A stretch of DNA of 64,000 bases from Klebsormidium nitens. Lineage: Eukaryota; Plantae; Klebsormidiophyceae. Both the position numbers and the translations under genes were made by a program. Shown one piece after another: positions 1 to 12,800 of this stretch (its first letter is position 1; every line of letters begins with the position of its first letter). Under the pieces are notes generated by a model, which was given only the letters and a program-made list of their open reading frames with translations, did not search any database and was not told the origin of the DNA. Location: assembly GCA_000708835.1 (NCBI GenBank), contig DF237296.1, positions 25,778-89,777 of the forward strand, given 5' to 3'.

Positions 1-1040
1 TTCCAAGTCTACGACTGGAATCCTCTCCCCCCAAGAGGAACAAAAGCGGTGCGGTTCGACTTTCAGAGGCCACCGAAACGAGGGCAGGTCGTCATTGCCA
101 ATGTCAACAATGGCGTCATTTTCTGTCCTGTCTGCATTCTGTTTGCCAATGTTATTGAGAGTATCACTACTCTCAAGCCCAATTCTACATCCCAGGGCAC
201 CAAGAGAAAGTCGTGGGCTGTTTTTAGCAGAGCTGGTCGACACCTTCAGTGGCGTCATGTGTGGGCTGTCTACAATAGAACCACTGGTCAACCACTGGGT
301 TGTGACTTTTACGCACCCTCCCGCAGCCATGGCTGCAACAGCGGTGGTTCAATAAGTAAAACCTTGCTGATACTCTGCTTCGTCCGGAGTGCAATCTGCA
401 GTCGACCTCAGCTGCTGGTCTCAAGCGATGAGCGGGTGACTCGTTACATGGAGCTCAAGACAGTTTTACCATCAAAGATACTCGAGCTGGCAGCTTTCAG
501 AACAGCGCAGTAAGTTACAACCTTATCCCAGGCAGGGAATGTCGAGGTCACGTAAGATCAAGCCTTACAAGACAGAAGCTCAGGGTATCGCAACTGGTAT
601 ACGACATGGCAGCTGGGCCTGTATGCCACTGAACATGAGACCCAAGCATGACACCTTTTGAAGCAAACCGACTCTATCAGGCGTCTAAGTTCTTACGGTC
701 AGATAACCTATTTTGGTTATGCACAACAACGCATTTGCATGTACTGTACCCTTTGAGAACCACCAGCTACGAGTGAACACCTTACTTTGCGCCCTTATCC
801 CATGCAATGTGCAATGTGGCTGCCAGTCCAGCAGGTCTTTCGTGCATTCTCTGCTGTCGTGGAGAGAACGAGAAGCTGTTCAAGGAGAACAGAAAGTGGT
901 GAGCTGATTGAAAGCTGACTTGCCAAGATCTCGCCGCTGTTGTATCCGTGACCTTTGTATCCGTGACCTTTGCATGCGCCCATCTTTCGCAGGTACCTAA
1001 ACGCCCAGAAGTCTACCGTTCCAGCCCCCAGAATCATTAA
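1..1040 (+). CDS. 3' part of an unidentified spliced gene running in from the left edge
   Basis: Frame +1 is open from base 1 to a GTAAGT donor at 510. It continues through phase-consistent exons 835-898 (cag|...|gtgagc) and 993-1040 (cag|...TAA), reading ...ELAAFRTAQSFVHSLLSWREREAVQGEQKVVPKRPEVYRSSPQNH*. No family was recognised and the structure upstream of ~400 is uncertain. Confidence 0.4.
941..975. repeat. 15-bp tandem duplication (tgtatccgtgacctt x2) in an intron
   Basis: Read directly from the sequence. Confidence 0.85.
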
Positions 1041-1100
1041 TGGCAGCATTGCATGCAGTGCTGCACTCACTCACAGTTCCGTCTTCGTGTAAGCTCAGCT

Positions 1101-1137
1101 GGGGCCTGCTTCCTATAAGCTCAAGGAAGCAGGCCCC
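1101..1137. repeat. Perfect 13-bp GC-rich hairpin
   Basis: GGGGCCTGCTTCC (1101-1113), an 11-nt loop, then GGAAGCAGGCCCC (1125-1137). Confidence 0.85.
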
Positions 1138-2432
1138 TGGCCCAGCCGTGAGATCTAGCAAAGGAACTTCTCAGCTGCTGAGCTGGACCAGCTGAGCACT
1201 ATACTGTCGATCGCAGCTTATCCGACGGACATCAGCTCTTTAGATGACATCACAGAATCAAGCGGCATGCAGATAATCTCTCCACCCACGAGGGACCGCC
1301 GGGGGTCCGAAACATGATTGTAAAACCATTCAAATTAGATCATGATCATGACTATAGTAATAAAGTTGACTTCAGAGCACTAGCGTATGGTGACATGTTT
1401 AACTACTACCATCGATATCAAAAGCTTCACTGAAGATGATCCACCATTTGCAGCAGGCAATGTACCGTCCAACATGATTGCAGAAAAGTTTCTGAGTCCT
1501 TCCTGCGCATGGCTCTTCCAGTGCATGCGGGGAGGTCATGGTCAAGCCCCCAGCGCAAAGATCAGTGGAAGTCGACGCATTAATGTGACCGGACACTGAG
1601 CGGCTGCAAACGATCAATATCCTCAAAGTGCCAGTGGAGAGAATCTTCTAGCCGTCAATGATCAGAGTTCACACCAACCTATGGGCGCCTCTGTAAGAGT
1701 CTCTTCCATGTACGTCGAATCAAACTTGAATTGTGTGAAAGTTTGATGGGGCGGTGCGAAATCGAATGATCCCCCATAAGACGATCCTAGTACCTAAGTA
1801 TCCGAGGCAGATAAGGTGACCGTCCAACCTGGTGGACATACTATGCGTGACGGGTATATGACGACTCGCGTAGCCCAACTATGGGCCGCACATTGCATGC
1901 GAGCTCGGCTAGAGCTAGCTAGACTGTTGATCGGCATCAGTTGAATTCAAGAACCATGCAGATAAATACAGGTAGATGCCAGGGACACGTACTTATAGCG
2001 TCTTGATGCCTCGTGCCAAATGGCGACCACCAGGCAGCAGCATGAGGCATCCAATATCACAGTGAGACGGACATGCTGATGGACATCATCATGGCATCAT
2101 CCAACAATTGAGCAGAAGCCGGATACGGTAACACAATACAAGAAGCTGACTGATATATACTGAGCCACTTGCAGGCTCTCCAAGTCCATGCGAATTTGAA
2201 AGGCCGATCGCAGAACAAACAAGTGTGCAAACGACCCGATGCTGACATCCGAAATTTCATCCGCCTTGAATTACATGACATGCGACAGAGTTGCGGGCTA
2301 CATTCGTTTACATGTTGGTACTCCGAGCAGCCACTCCGTCAAAAACCATGCATATCAACGAACGAACGGCGCTGCATGGAGCAAGTAGCTTTGGAGAAAC
2401 AATATTTGTACACAGGTCTTCCGCACTTGTTC

Positions 2433-5420
2433 TTAGGTGTTGGTTGCCCGTGTGTAGATGAGCTGGGTAGCGTGCTTGCTGATGGGGCGGATGTGACCCT
2501 GCTCTTCCAACGCCCTCAGCGCCGCTCTCGCAAGGCTCCCGTTTATCTGTATGAAGAGAGTCAGCATGTCAGATCCTTTTATTCTCGTACATGGAATGCA
2601 AGTTACATCATGGCACCAACCCGTAGGCTGCCACAACATTCCTGAATGGCTGGCAAAAATCTCCCCGTAAGGTGTGAACTTGTCTAGCCAGTCCTAAGAA
2701 TGTGCCTAAACCGCACCAGGAGAAACGTATCGAATTTTCATTGAATGTCTCTGACCCATGTTTTGTAATCAATTCATATTTGGGAATGCAACCTGCTCAG
2801 AAAAGTACAGCACTCTGATGGATAACTGAAACCAGACAGATAAAGACCTTACACCCTAAGAGACTTGGACAGAAGGTCACCACTCTTCAAGCCTATACCA
2901 TGACCCCCGTACAGGGGTCCAGATTCGACAAGATAGACCAACTGACCCTTCTCGCATTCTGCTCCACTTATCCCTTTTGCTGCACTTGACTTTCCTGAGG
3001 AGCCCAGGTAAGGAACACTCTTGAGCTGCTTTCACCACCCAGTGCGTAACAATACACATGCCACAAGAACTACATGCGACGACAAACTTCCTCACTTTGA
3101 TCACTTTGCCTGTGCAACCAACCGAGTCCATGACCAAAAAAGACAACAAATACGCACCTCAAGAAGGTCAGACCCATGTTTCAATGCTTCGGTTTTGACT
3201 TAGCCTCAGAGAGCGAATCGACTTTCAGCTTGATCCAAAGTGGATCTTTGAATAACCAACGTACACATCCAAAAAAGACAACAGAGCAGATTGGATGCTT
3301 ACCCTGAGTCTGTCACTGAGGACGGACGGGGTGATCAGCTTGTACTTGGGGACTTCAGACAGCAGCTTATCGTATGACGCCTTCTCGAACAACACCTGGT
3401 TGTTGACCTGTAGCCAAGAAAGTAATCGCCAATTTAGCCAATGTTCCCCACTTTCGACCCACTTCCAGCGGCCAAGTATGGTCTTGCTTGGGACCAACTC
3501 CGAAAGTGGTCTTGTGCGAAGCGCTTCTTTCGGGTTCAAAAAATGCTAAAAACGATGAACATAATGAATGAACCTACCAGCAGCCTGATTCGAAAAAACC
3601 GAGACCCAACCACATAACTACAAGCTTCTTCAGCGTGTGCTGGCGCAACTGGTTCGCTTACGGTTGCAACTCCAGGCCCACTAATGAGAGCAAAAACCTG
3701 AAATCTTCTGGCTGGTGTCCGACCTTCAATGGGCCCGACTTTTTTCGTCCGAAACGTCAACAAGGCTTGTGTTGAGAAACAAGGACAAACAGCCAGGGAA
3801 CGGACACCCTTGACCAACACTATATGTGACTCACACACAACATTTCGCCGACTGTTCATGTCAAAATGCGCGAACAGCCTGCCCTCTCTCTGGAAGTAAC
3901 TTGATCAGTTCCAAAAACATGCCTCGTCCTGCTTCTTTCTCATTTCTTTGCTGGTGTCGATGTAAGGAAGTATGCGGAACTCTAGAAGGTCGTCTCTGGT
4001 GGTGACATCTGATACTCCGTGCAGGAAATCAGAGCGAGCCAGCAAATACGGATGCGTTTACTGGTCTTACCTTCTCCTTTTGCTTTCCCTTGGACCACTT
4101 CTTCTTCTTCTGCTTGCCGCCCCCGCTCTTGGCGGGCTTGGCAGCCTGGGTAGGCTTGGCCGCCTTGGGAGCCTGCCAAAAGAAGGGCACGCCTGGTTAC
4201 ACCATGATTTCCAGAGGTCTAACGAGGGGGGGTTCCAGACTTTTTCGGTCACCAGCCTGACTTGACTGATCCTTGAGCGGGACCGGTGTTATCTGAGTTG
4301 GTATTGGGAAATGCAACCCAGCGGGGAACCTTTGGTTGCCAATAACAGTGCAGAATCCTAGGTGCAATAGGTTGTCAGTACACCCAGCATCAAACATGAC
4401 AAAGACTGGACAAGCGAAACCGCTGTTGAGAAGTGTACTCAGGGGATGGCTGCTACCTGTGCCTCTAAACCCAGCTTCTTTCAAGGAGAACACTCAGGAA
4501 AAACCTGCGTCGATAACTGCTCGCATACCCTGTTATGATGATTTAAAGTAGCCCTTCGTAAGGCAGTCTCGTATCTCTTAGGCGATCTAGGCCATCCCCT
4601 CGTGCAAAGCAGAAACACGGATGGCGCTCTGCAGCAGACCCTTCCGAGGCTGCTGTGTTTATCCCTATCCAAGCGTAACCCTGACCCTGTTTGTTTGCAG
4701 ATTTTCACGCCCAATCTCAATAGCCTAGGGCACCTGATTGCGGGTCAACTATACAGCGAGTAACATGGTAACGGTCCTAAGCAGTGATCCAAGGCTACCG
4801 ACCGTATCCTGCGGCGGCAGCGTTTGGAACTGTCTTCTAAAGATGCAATCTTACACAAAGCTCAATTTCCAAACACGTCTAATGCATGGACCGGAACCGC
4901 AGAAACCAGGAAAAAGTTGGCCGGACCATAAGGAACCTCCGTGCGCACACAGAAGAATACAGAGACATCGCCAGCTTGGAAGGACCTGGATAACGACTGG
5001 ATACCATTACCAACTGATGACCAGCAAAGTACACAGAAATCAAGCCAACTTTCTCTGCCCCATGGCTAGGCCGGAGCGAAGGGGTTATATTGAACCTTTT
5101 AACACAATAAAGCCGGGGGCTTCAGTAGCCCTACCGTCCTAATCGCCCATCTTGCGCCCCAACCTCGACCATTATCAACTGAAAGCTGCCTTCCCTTTCT
5201 TGATCGGAGAGATATACAATAGACCAGCCGCATCCCGTGAATGATTCCTCTTGTGAGGTTTGTGACCGTGTAAGCTTCCTCTTTCTATATCCATTCGGAC
5301 CGTACATTGTTGAAGACCTCTGCCAAACACACCCCACGTTACAACCGCCCCGCAAACCAAGAAACAATTCAGATGATTGTAATGAGTACCATGAGGAGGA
5401 ACAAGCACGAGCCTCACCAT
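2433..5420 (-). CDS. RPS25: 40S ribosomal protein S25 (eS25), 4 exons, 107 aa
   Basis: Exons are 5418-5420 (ATG|gtgagg), 4071-4172, 3303-3407 and 2433-2546, all GT-AG and phase 0. Translation: [107 protein letters not shown], which matches the plant-type eS25 signature. Confidence 0.97.
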
Positions 5421-5499
5421 CTTGCAAGCAGCCCCAACGTCCCTTCCCCTGGGCGCCTCTTGACGTGCTCTGCCTACTTGGCTCGCGTGAAAGAGGGAG

Positions 5500-5672
5500 G
5501 AGGAGACGCGAGCAAGCGAGAAGAACCAAATTGGAAATCGGGTTTGAAGAGAACAGTTTCTGTTCAATCCCAGACCTGCACATTCACTCCCCGGTATCAA
5601 ATTTATAACTCTCAAGACAGATAATAGTAAGCCAAGATAATAGTAAGCTCCGACTAACACTAAAAACCCTAA
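5500..5672 (-). promoter_or_regulatory. RPS25 promoter: pyrimidine-rich leader, candidate TATA, telo-box
   Basis: Minus-strand pyrimidine tract at ~5490-5535, TATAAAT on the minus strand at 5601-5607 and AAACCCTAA at 5664-5672. The telo-box is an established motif of plant ribosomal-protein promoters. Confidence 0.5.
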
Positions 5673-5763
5673 CCTGAAATGAAGCACCCGCTCCGCACCC
5701 GTACCCACCCTAACCACCATACTAACCCTACCCGTCACAGTGCGGTTACCTTACTATTATCTG
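5618..5763. mobile_element. Small TIR-bounded (MITE-like) element containing telomere-like CCCTAA motifs
   Basis: CAGATAATAGTAAG (5618-5631, repeated at 5635-5647) and its exact reverse complement CTTACTATTATCTG (5750-5763, with a further partial copy at 5770-5778). No target-site duplication identified. Confidence 0.4.
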
Positions 5764-6833
5764 GGCTAATACTATTATTTTTCTTGAGTTTCATATCAAA
5801 TTTCCCCCGAGGACATGTTTTAGCAATTTAAGTGTCAAACAACGGATACGGAAACGCCCCGTTGAGTTGAACACTCAAATACTTGAACGGAATTGTCACA
5901 GTCTCTTCCGGGCACACCCTAAAAAGTAGTTTCCTCTAACCCCAGCGTGGAATCACAGGCTGGCCGGTCAGTCTTGACTCTTGAACCAGCAAAGTTCCCA
6001 CTCGTCTCCAAAATCTGCTAGTGTTGGTGCTAGTTACACTGAAGTCTGAATCCCACGTCTTTTCTGCCATCATCGGTGATGCTGGAGTGGTGCAATCCCT
6101 ACAATCCTGGCCATTTAGAAGCTGAACTCAAGAGCAGAAGAATCCTACATTGTGACGACCAGGTAGCTGGAGACACCGAACACAAAATGAAGCAGACTTT
6201 GACCACCTTTTAGCAGCAGCGGTAACGCTGTGGTCAACACCTTCGGCAATCAGGTAAGGAACTTTCCCTGAACTTTCCCCTTCACGTTGCTCTTCTCCAG
6301 AAGTTGCTTTAGTTGCTTTGGTTGCTATATGTCCCCAGGCTTTGAGGTTGTACCATTTGTTCATGGTTCGCAACAGCACAACTTCCGCTCCGTGTTGATC
6401 GCTCCATCGATTACAGTACATACAGACAGTCAGTACAATCCCTCAAGAATTTCAAACTCCTGAATGTTTTGAATTGCTTGTTGGGAGAATACCTTTGGTG
6501 GTGGTGGTTGCTTGAGGTTGGAAGGCCAGTATGCCCCTGTATGCTTGAAAACTGATGGTCAATGTGGTTGCCAACCGATTTTAGATCGACTCCTCCTGAA
6601 GCCAGTCTCCTCAATGCTGGTTCAAGATAAAAAGAGTCGAATTTGAACGGGGAATCTTATTGCAGTACATCTATCGAGTTGACTTGATGGAACCTTCTTT
6701 TTCCACAGAAGTCCTACTTGAAAAGATTCTAGTCAATAAAAGAGTTCTTGATATTTCTCCTATAGCTGCGGGAGAATCTCTATCATTGATAATGCCTCTC
6801 TAACACTCTCCCTTGTCTCCAGGTTTCGCAGCC

Positions 6834-9800
6834 ATGGCTCTCTGCGTCAGCCAAGCCTTTGGGCCAGTAACTGCTGGGTTAAGTGCGGGTTACGCCTCTA
6901 ACCCCAGTGACAAACGACAGCCCCTTCTGCCCCCTTCCCACTTCTGCCACCACCTGTCCTCTCTTGTTAGACGTAACCGCTGTCTAAGCCTTCAAACCCC
7001 TTCTGGGACTGGGCACAATAGGAGATGGAATCAAAGGCGCTTATACATTAGTAAAGTTCAGTGTTCTGCGCAAGATGAGGGGGGCGAGTTTGGCAGCGAA
7101 GCGGCCCCCCAAGAGGGATGGGAACGAGATGCGGCGGCCGCGCGCGTAGCAGAACTGGCGGAGAAAGCAGGGGCGGCCGGGGTGGGGCGTCGGAAGCTCA
7201 GCTTCAAAGCGGTGACTGCTGCAGCCGAGGGCGTTAAAGGGGGGGGTGGAGATGGCAGCGCTGAAGGTGCTCCGGAAACGAGGGGTGTTGGAAGGGGCGA
7301 ACGGCCCGCCGTTCGGGAGACGTCTTCTGAGGGCAGAAGTGATATTGCAGACGGAGGGTTTGGCAAGGAATCTCAGAGGGGGGGCAATGACTTTGGTGAG
7401 AGGTTGGTGCAGAGACCTAGGGCCAAAGACGAAGAGGGGTTTGGTGGGGGCTTAAGAAGACGACAGGAGCGATCGCCAGTTAGCGGCACTGGGTTGGATG
7501 CTCGCAAGGGGCCATGGGTTAGGGGAGGCGCGTCAACTGAAGAGCCTCCCAGGAGCAGTGGCGATGACTTCTTCAGGGATGTCGACAACGGAATGGAAGC
7601 TCGATCGAGGGGAGGCTATGGTGACCGAGAAAGCGACGGGTTTGCACGAGAGGGTGCGTTTAGGGAGCGCTTTGACGAACTTGGGTTTAGATCCAACCGG
7701 GATTCTAACCGAGAACGTAACTTTGAGCGTTATGAGGATCAGGACAACTTCGAGGGCAGGCGGGAGGATCGACGTTCCTTTCAGGGGGGTGCCAGAGGTG
7801 CCCGAAATAGTGGGTGGGAAGAGGAAGGTAATGATTTTGACAGGGGAGAAACGGATTACGGCTCCGAGAGTAGCCGAAATGTGTGGCGCCGTGACGTGGG
7901 GGTGGTGGATAATGGTGGAGACTTTAGGCCCCCTCCGCCAAAGCCGGTGTGGCGAAACCAAAAAGGGGGGGAAGACATTCTGGGAACCAAGGCGTTGGTT
8001 GCTCGAGAACGCGCGGAAGCGGACGGCGAATTGGGGGGGAGAAGAGCACAAGAAGACTGGGCCGATCGACCCCCCCGGAACGGAAGGGGACGCGGGGGTG
8101 ACCCGAGGGGGGCTCCGTTTAGGAGGGACCGCATGGGGGTGAGAGCTTGGAATAAGCGGGACGATGCTCCTGGATCGGAGTGGGGGGGTGCACCTTCTAG
8201 AAGCCAAGGGCGCAGGGGGGGCGGTTTTGGGGGGGGATCAGACGAGTGGGAAAATGAAGCTCGGGGGGGGGAGCTGGGAAGTGACGAAGAAGGGGGAGGG
8301 GAGATCAGCAGTTGGGGCCCGAGAGGGAACACTAAGAAGGTCGGCGTTAGAGGGAGTGTCTCAGGTGCCGCGAAGGGAAGCTTTAGCCGGGCCCCCGAGG
8401 GGCGCGTTGGGAGACGATCTGAAGAGGCGGGAGCGGGTTTCTCGCGAACTTTTAACGCTCCGGGGGGTCCGAGAAGCGGAGACAGGTTTAGACGGAGTGA
8501 GAGGGGAGACGCGGTTCCAACTAGAGACGAGTGGTCGCGGCCCGAGCCTGTCCAGAGACGGTCCGAACCCCCCCGTGGATTTTCGGACGCCTCTCGGTTT
8601 TCGTCCGAATCCCCTCTGAATCCGCCGGATTCTGGGCGGAATCCGTCCGGATCCGCTCGGGACACGGGCCGGCGACCGTCCGAAAGCGCTTGGAGGAGTC
8701 CTTTCGCGGCCAACGGCGCGGACCAAACTTTTGTCCGCAGAACGAGAGACGGGGGACGCGAGTTTGGTTATAACGACTACCCGGCTCCCGACGGAGAAGA
8801 GAGAACCTCTCTGTCCGCAGAGGAGAAGAAGGACCGCCGAAAGATGAAGCAAGTCAAGTTGGAAGGGCCTGGGTGTTACGGTTGCGGCGCGAGGCTACAA
8901 GTGAGCTACCCGGGGGGGCCAGGTTATCTGCGGCCCGATGTATACGAGCTGGTGAGGCGTTCGCTTATGAATCTTCAGTCTTCAGTTTGACTCCGAAATG
9001 GATTGGGTAATGGTTGGAAGCGCAGCGCTTTTTGGTGCTACCGCCGTGTCGAGTCTCCGTTTTAATCTGCATTTGTGGGAGACCAGGTTGTCTGCGGTCG
9101 GATGTATACGAGTTGGTGAGGCGTTCTCTTACAGCCGTCCGGATCTGATTGCCGGTTTGCTGTCCCCGACTGACCCAAATTTTGAAAAGTTTCTGAGCCG
9201 GCTGATAAGAGATTCCGTGGCTAACCGTACAAGATTGTGACGTCTGGTCAGACCATAGCTGGAATCTATCTAGATCTATGCTCTGCGAGGTTGGAACGTC
9301 CAACTTTGGTCCGACTCTGTTTGATCGATTGGTAGTGTTCAAGTCGATTGCAGAGACCTCTATAAATGCATACGATGAGAACAGCTTCGAGCGTCTAGGT
9401 TGATCGAAAACGCTGACTGATGGTCCTCGAAAGTGGGTCGGCAGAGCTCGCAACCTGAGTCCTCTTACGTAAAGTTCTGTCGTATTATGAAGCTGATGAG
9501 GAGCTTGATAATCCAGGAGCTTTTCTGTCGCTTAGTTGCTCTGGTCGTAAACGTCGAACCGAGAACGTTTTGCCAAATGGCTGGGCAGCGACTGATTGCA
9601 GTGCTCGCGCTGAGACGCTTTGATGCTATTGTTGCGTGATCGCCTCAAAAAATGAACAGACCCAGAATCACGAAGTCCTAGGAACCGTGCGCACGCGTCT
9701 ACCAATCGACACTAGCAGACTCTCAGACCAGAAATCCGTGAATATGCAGAAGCGCACGCACCGACAACTCGGAGAAACGCTCTGCGGGCGATGCACGGAG

Positions 9801-12800
9801 TTGGCGCACGGGAAGATGGTGCCAGCTGTCGGCGGCAACGGCGGGCACGGCAGCGGGGGGCAGCAAGAGGGCTACGTCATGGCGGAAGATTTGCGGGAGC
9901 AGCTGAAGCCGCTCAAGCTGAACAAGGTCTTGGTGGTCAAACTGGTGAGGTCTTGAAGTCTGGGTTTAAATTCTTAAACTTTTAGACACCTTCGCGGTTG
10001 GGGGATTGCTTAGTTTTGAAGTTAAACTTTAGACACCTTCACGGTTGGGGGGTTGCTTAGTTTTGAAGGTTATGGAAAGGTTCTCGAAACTTGCAAGAGT
10101 TCAAAATCGAGGTCAGCAGGAGAGGTACATCATGGCGGGAAATCTGCGGGAGCAATTGAAGCCGCTCGAGCTGAACAACCCGTGGTCAAACTGGTGAGAT
10201 GCACAACCCCTACTGTGATTCTCGAAAAGGTCTTGTGAGATACGTTCTTTCCTGGTTCTTAATCCTGAATTGGGGGAAGGACGACGGGTCACGTGAGAGC
10301 CCAGACACAATGGAAGCCGCTCAGGCTGAACAAAGTCCTCGTTGTCAGAGTGGTGGGTTAACGAAACCTTGATTTGAACGCTTTTCTAGACCTTAAGGTT
10401 CGAGGCTTCTAAATCCTCGATTGAAGAAAAGGAGGAGGGCTCCGTTCTGGCGAAAACGCCACGGAAAAAATGAAGTCGCTCAAACATGTAAAAGTAGGAT
10501 AACCTAATATCAAGTCTGCTAAACACTGGCACAGCTACTGGTTGGCGCAGCTACTGAATTACGTTAGTGGCTGAAACAATAGGTTAAATTTGGACATCGA
10601 AATGGCGTGTTTCCGGCGTCTGATCCTCGCATCAACCCGGATTTGAAAGGCCTCTTTTGGGCGGTACAGGTTGAAATCATGGACTTCAAGGGATGCTTCC
10701 TGTTCAACGTTGGCGACCTTGTTGGCGCTCATTCTGTTGAAAGCAGAAGTTCTGCTTGGAGAAGGCACGAAGTAATCCATCTCGAACATAGGCGTCAAAG
10801 CCGATCATAAGGCTTTGTTTGTTCGCAGTATAGGTCGACAGTGCGGGCTTAACGGGAGCTTTTTCGTCCAAGGTTCGCTCTAACCCGATCATTCTGGTGG
10901 GCTTGAATGTCAGCTTCACATAAGACCTCCAGGACTCGCATTCTTGCCCTAACTCCAGAGTCCCACTTTTGACGCCGCTTTATGATCGTTTAGGCGGACT
11001 TCATCGGGACCTTCCTGTCCAAGGGGTTGGCGCGATCTGGTTGGCGCTAACCCGATTCTTTTACACACGTAATTGACATGCTCATAAAGAGTCAAGAGGC
11101 AAGCCAAAAAGCGTAATGTCTGTGTCTAACCACCGCGTTAACCCTGATTTTCTCCACGGTGCAGGTCGACATTGCGGACTTTAATGGGAGCTTCCTTTCC
11201 AAGGTTCGCGACCTGGTTGGCTCTAACCCGATCATTTTGGTGGGCACGAAAGTCGACCTCCTTCCGGCGGACACCGACTTGGAGGCGGTCGCAGACTGGG
11301 TGTGGGAGGCGACCGTGCGAAAGAAGCTGAAGCCCATCAGCCTACATGTGGTGAGTCTGCTCTATCACAAAAACCCTTAGTCTGCAGTCCTTCAAGTGGG
11401 CATGCATCTGGAGGTTTCCCATTTAGCCGGACGTGCGAGTTGGGCCCTGCTGAGACAAACGCATGGCTTTTTGTGTTTTTCTGCTCATTAGCGTGCATTT
11501 GGTGAGTCTGTTCTGAATTTCCGTGTCGAATCTTTGAAGTCCTGGATCTCTCCTGTTACCTGGACCGTTGTTAGAACCCCTTTGGGGGTTCTTTGGACAT
11601 CGAAGGGTTACTTTTGAAAGAGAGGCACCGATCTGAAGTCGTTCTAGACTTGGTTAGGGAGGCGACCGTGCGAAAGAAGCTCAAGGCCATTACCATGCAT
11701 CTGGTAAGTATGCGAGCAAGCTTTCTTCGCTTGGAAGTTTTTACGTCCTTCATCTGTTGGTTTGAGAGGTGACGACTGGTCTGAGAGGTGACGAATGCAA
11801 TAAGCTCAGCACTTGGTAAGATTCATGCGGATGAAAGCGCTCGATACAATAGGGTCATCTGATTGCGGTCGCCCGCTTCGTGTAACCCTTCGCGTTCCGA
11901 CTTTCTTTATACTATCTTTATCATGAGCAGAGATTTGACTCTCTATTTCTCCACAGATCTCGTCTTTGACCGGCGCGGGCCTTCCATCATTGGCCGCTAA
12001 CATCCAAAGAGAACGGCAGGGCCGTGACGTGTACGTGCTCGGAGCAGCGAACGTGGGGAAGTCGGCCTTCATCAATGCGTTACTAGGTGAGCTTTCGTTC
12101 AGTTTTCCGAAGTGTTAAGTCCGTACTTCATATAAAGATGTAGATCATCAAATTCTAGTGTTCCAAGCTAAGTACACGTGCTCGGAGCAGCGAACGTGGG
12201 GAAGTCGGCCTTTATCAATGCGTTACTTGGTGAGCTCTTTCTGCCATTGAGTATGCTGCTGAAGAATCCAAGCTTTACATCGTTTTCGAATTCGGTCTGT
12301 CGTTCCTTGGAATGTATACGACCTCAGAGCGGCGAGCATGGGAAAGTCGGCCTTCATTAACGGGCTGCTTGGTAAGCTCTTTTTTTGATTTCCCATCATG
12401 CTTTTGAGGTCTCAACCTTGTCTTGGTCAGATTTCGATCGAGTCTGTCAGGTCCAGTGTTTCGCACAAATTGTACGATCTCTGGGCAGCAAACGTGGGCA
12501 GTATAGCCTTTATCAACGCGTTAACTCGGTAAGCTTTCGTTCCATGCTGCCCTTTCCCTTCTGCCGGTCGTTTTGGTGTACCCACAGTTTCTTAGGGTTC
12601 GCTTCAAAATTCTGGATTGTGAGAAGCCATAGTCTTGTCGTGCGATTCAGTGTGTGTCATGTCACTGTTTTTTTGCTCTTCCAGTATCTCAATCCTCTAC
12701 TTTCCGCTCCCATTTTCGCCTGTTGTTCTCGTGTCTCCTCTCATTCGAGGGTTCCGTTGACCCCTCCTCTTTTAAACTGCAAGAACGACGAACAAGGCGC

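Noticed and set aside
4201-4205. ATG|GT as RPS25 start exon
   Set aside because: It would need a 30-nt intron. The ATG|GTGAGG at 5420, with a pyrimidine-rich leader, is much more plausible.
3408-5417. Possible intronic snoRNAs in RPS25 introns (ATGATGA at ~4534, CTGA at 4681)
   Set aside because: The box C/D-like words are on the strand opposite to the host gene, and no terminal stem or rRNA-complementary guide was recognisable. An Infernal/snoscan search would settle it.
6000-6700. Short ORFs between RPS25 and NOA1 (6128-6421, 6411-6614)
   Set aside because: No recognisable domain and frequent stops in all frames. Probably NOA1 5'UTR/intron or decayed sequence.
7058-8852. Several long overlapping ORFs on both strands (up to 285 aa) over NOA1 exon 1
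   Set aside because: Shadow ORFs of a GC-rich low-complexity exon. They are Pro/Ser-rich antisense translations with no motifs.
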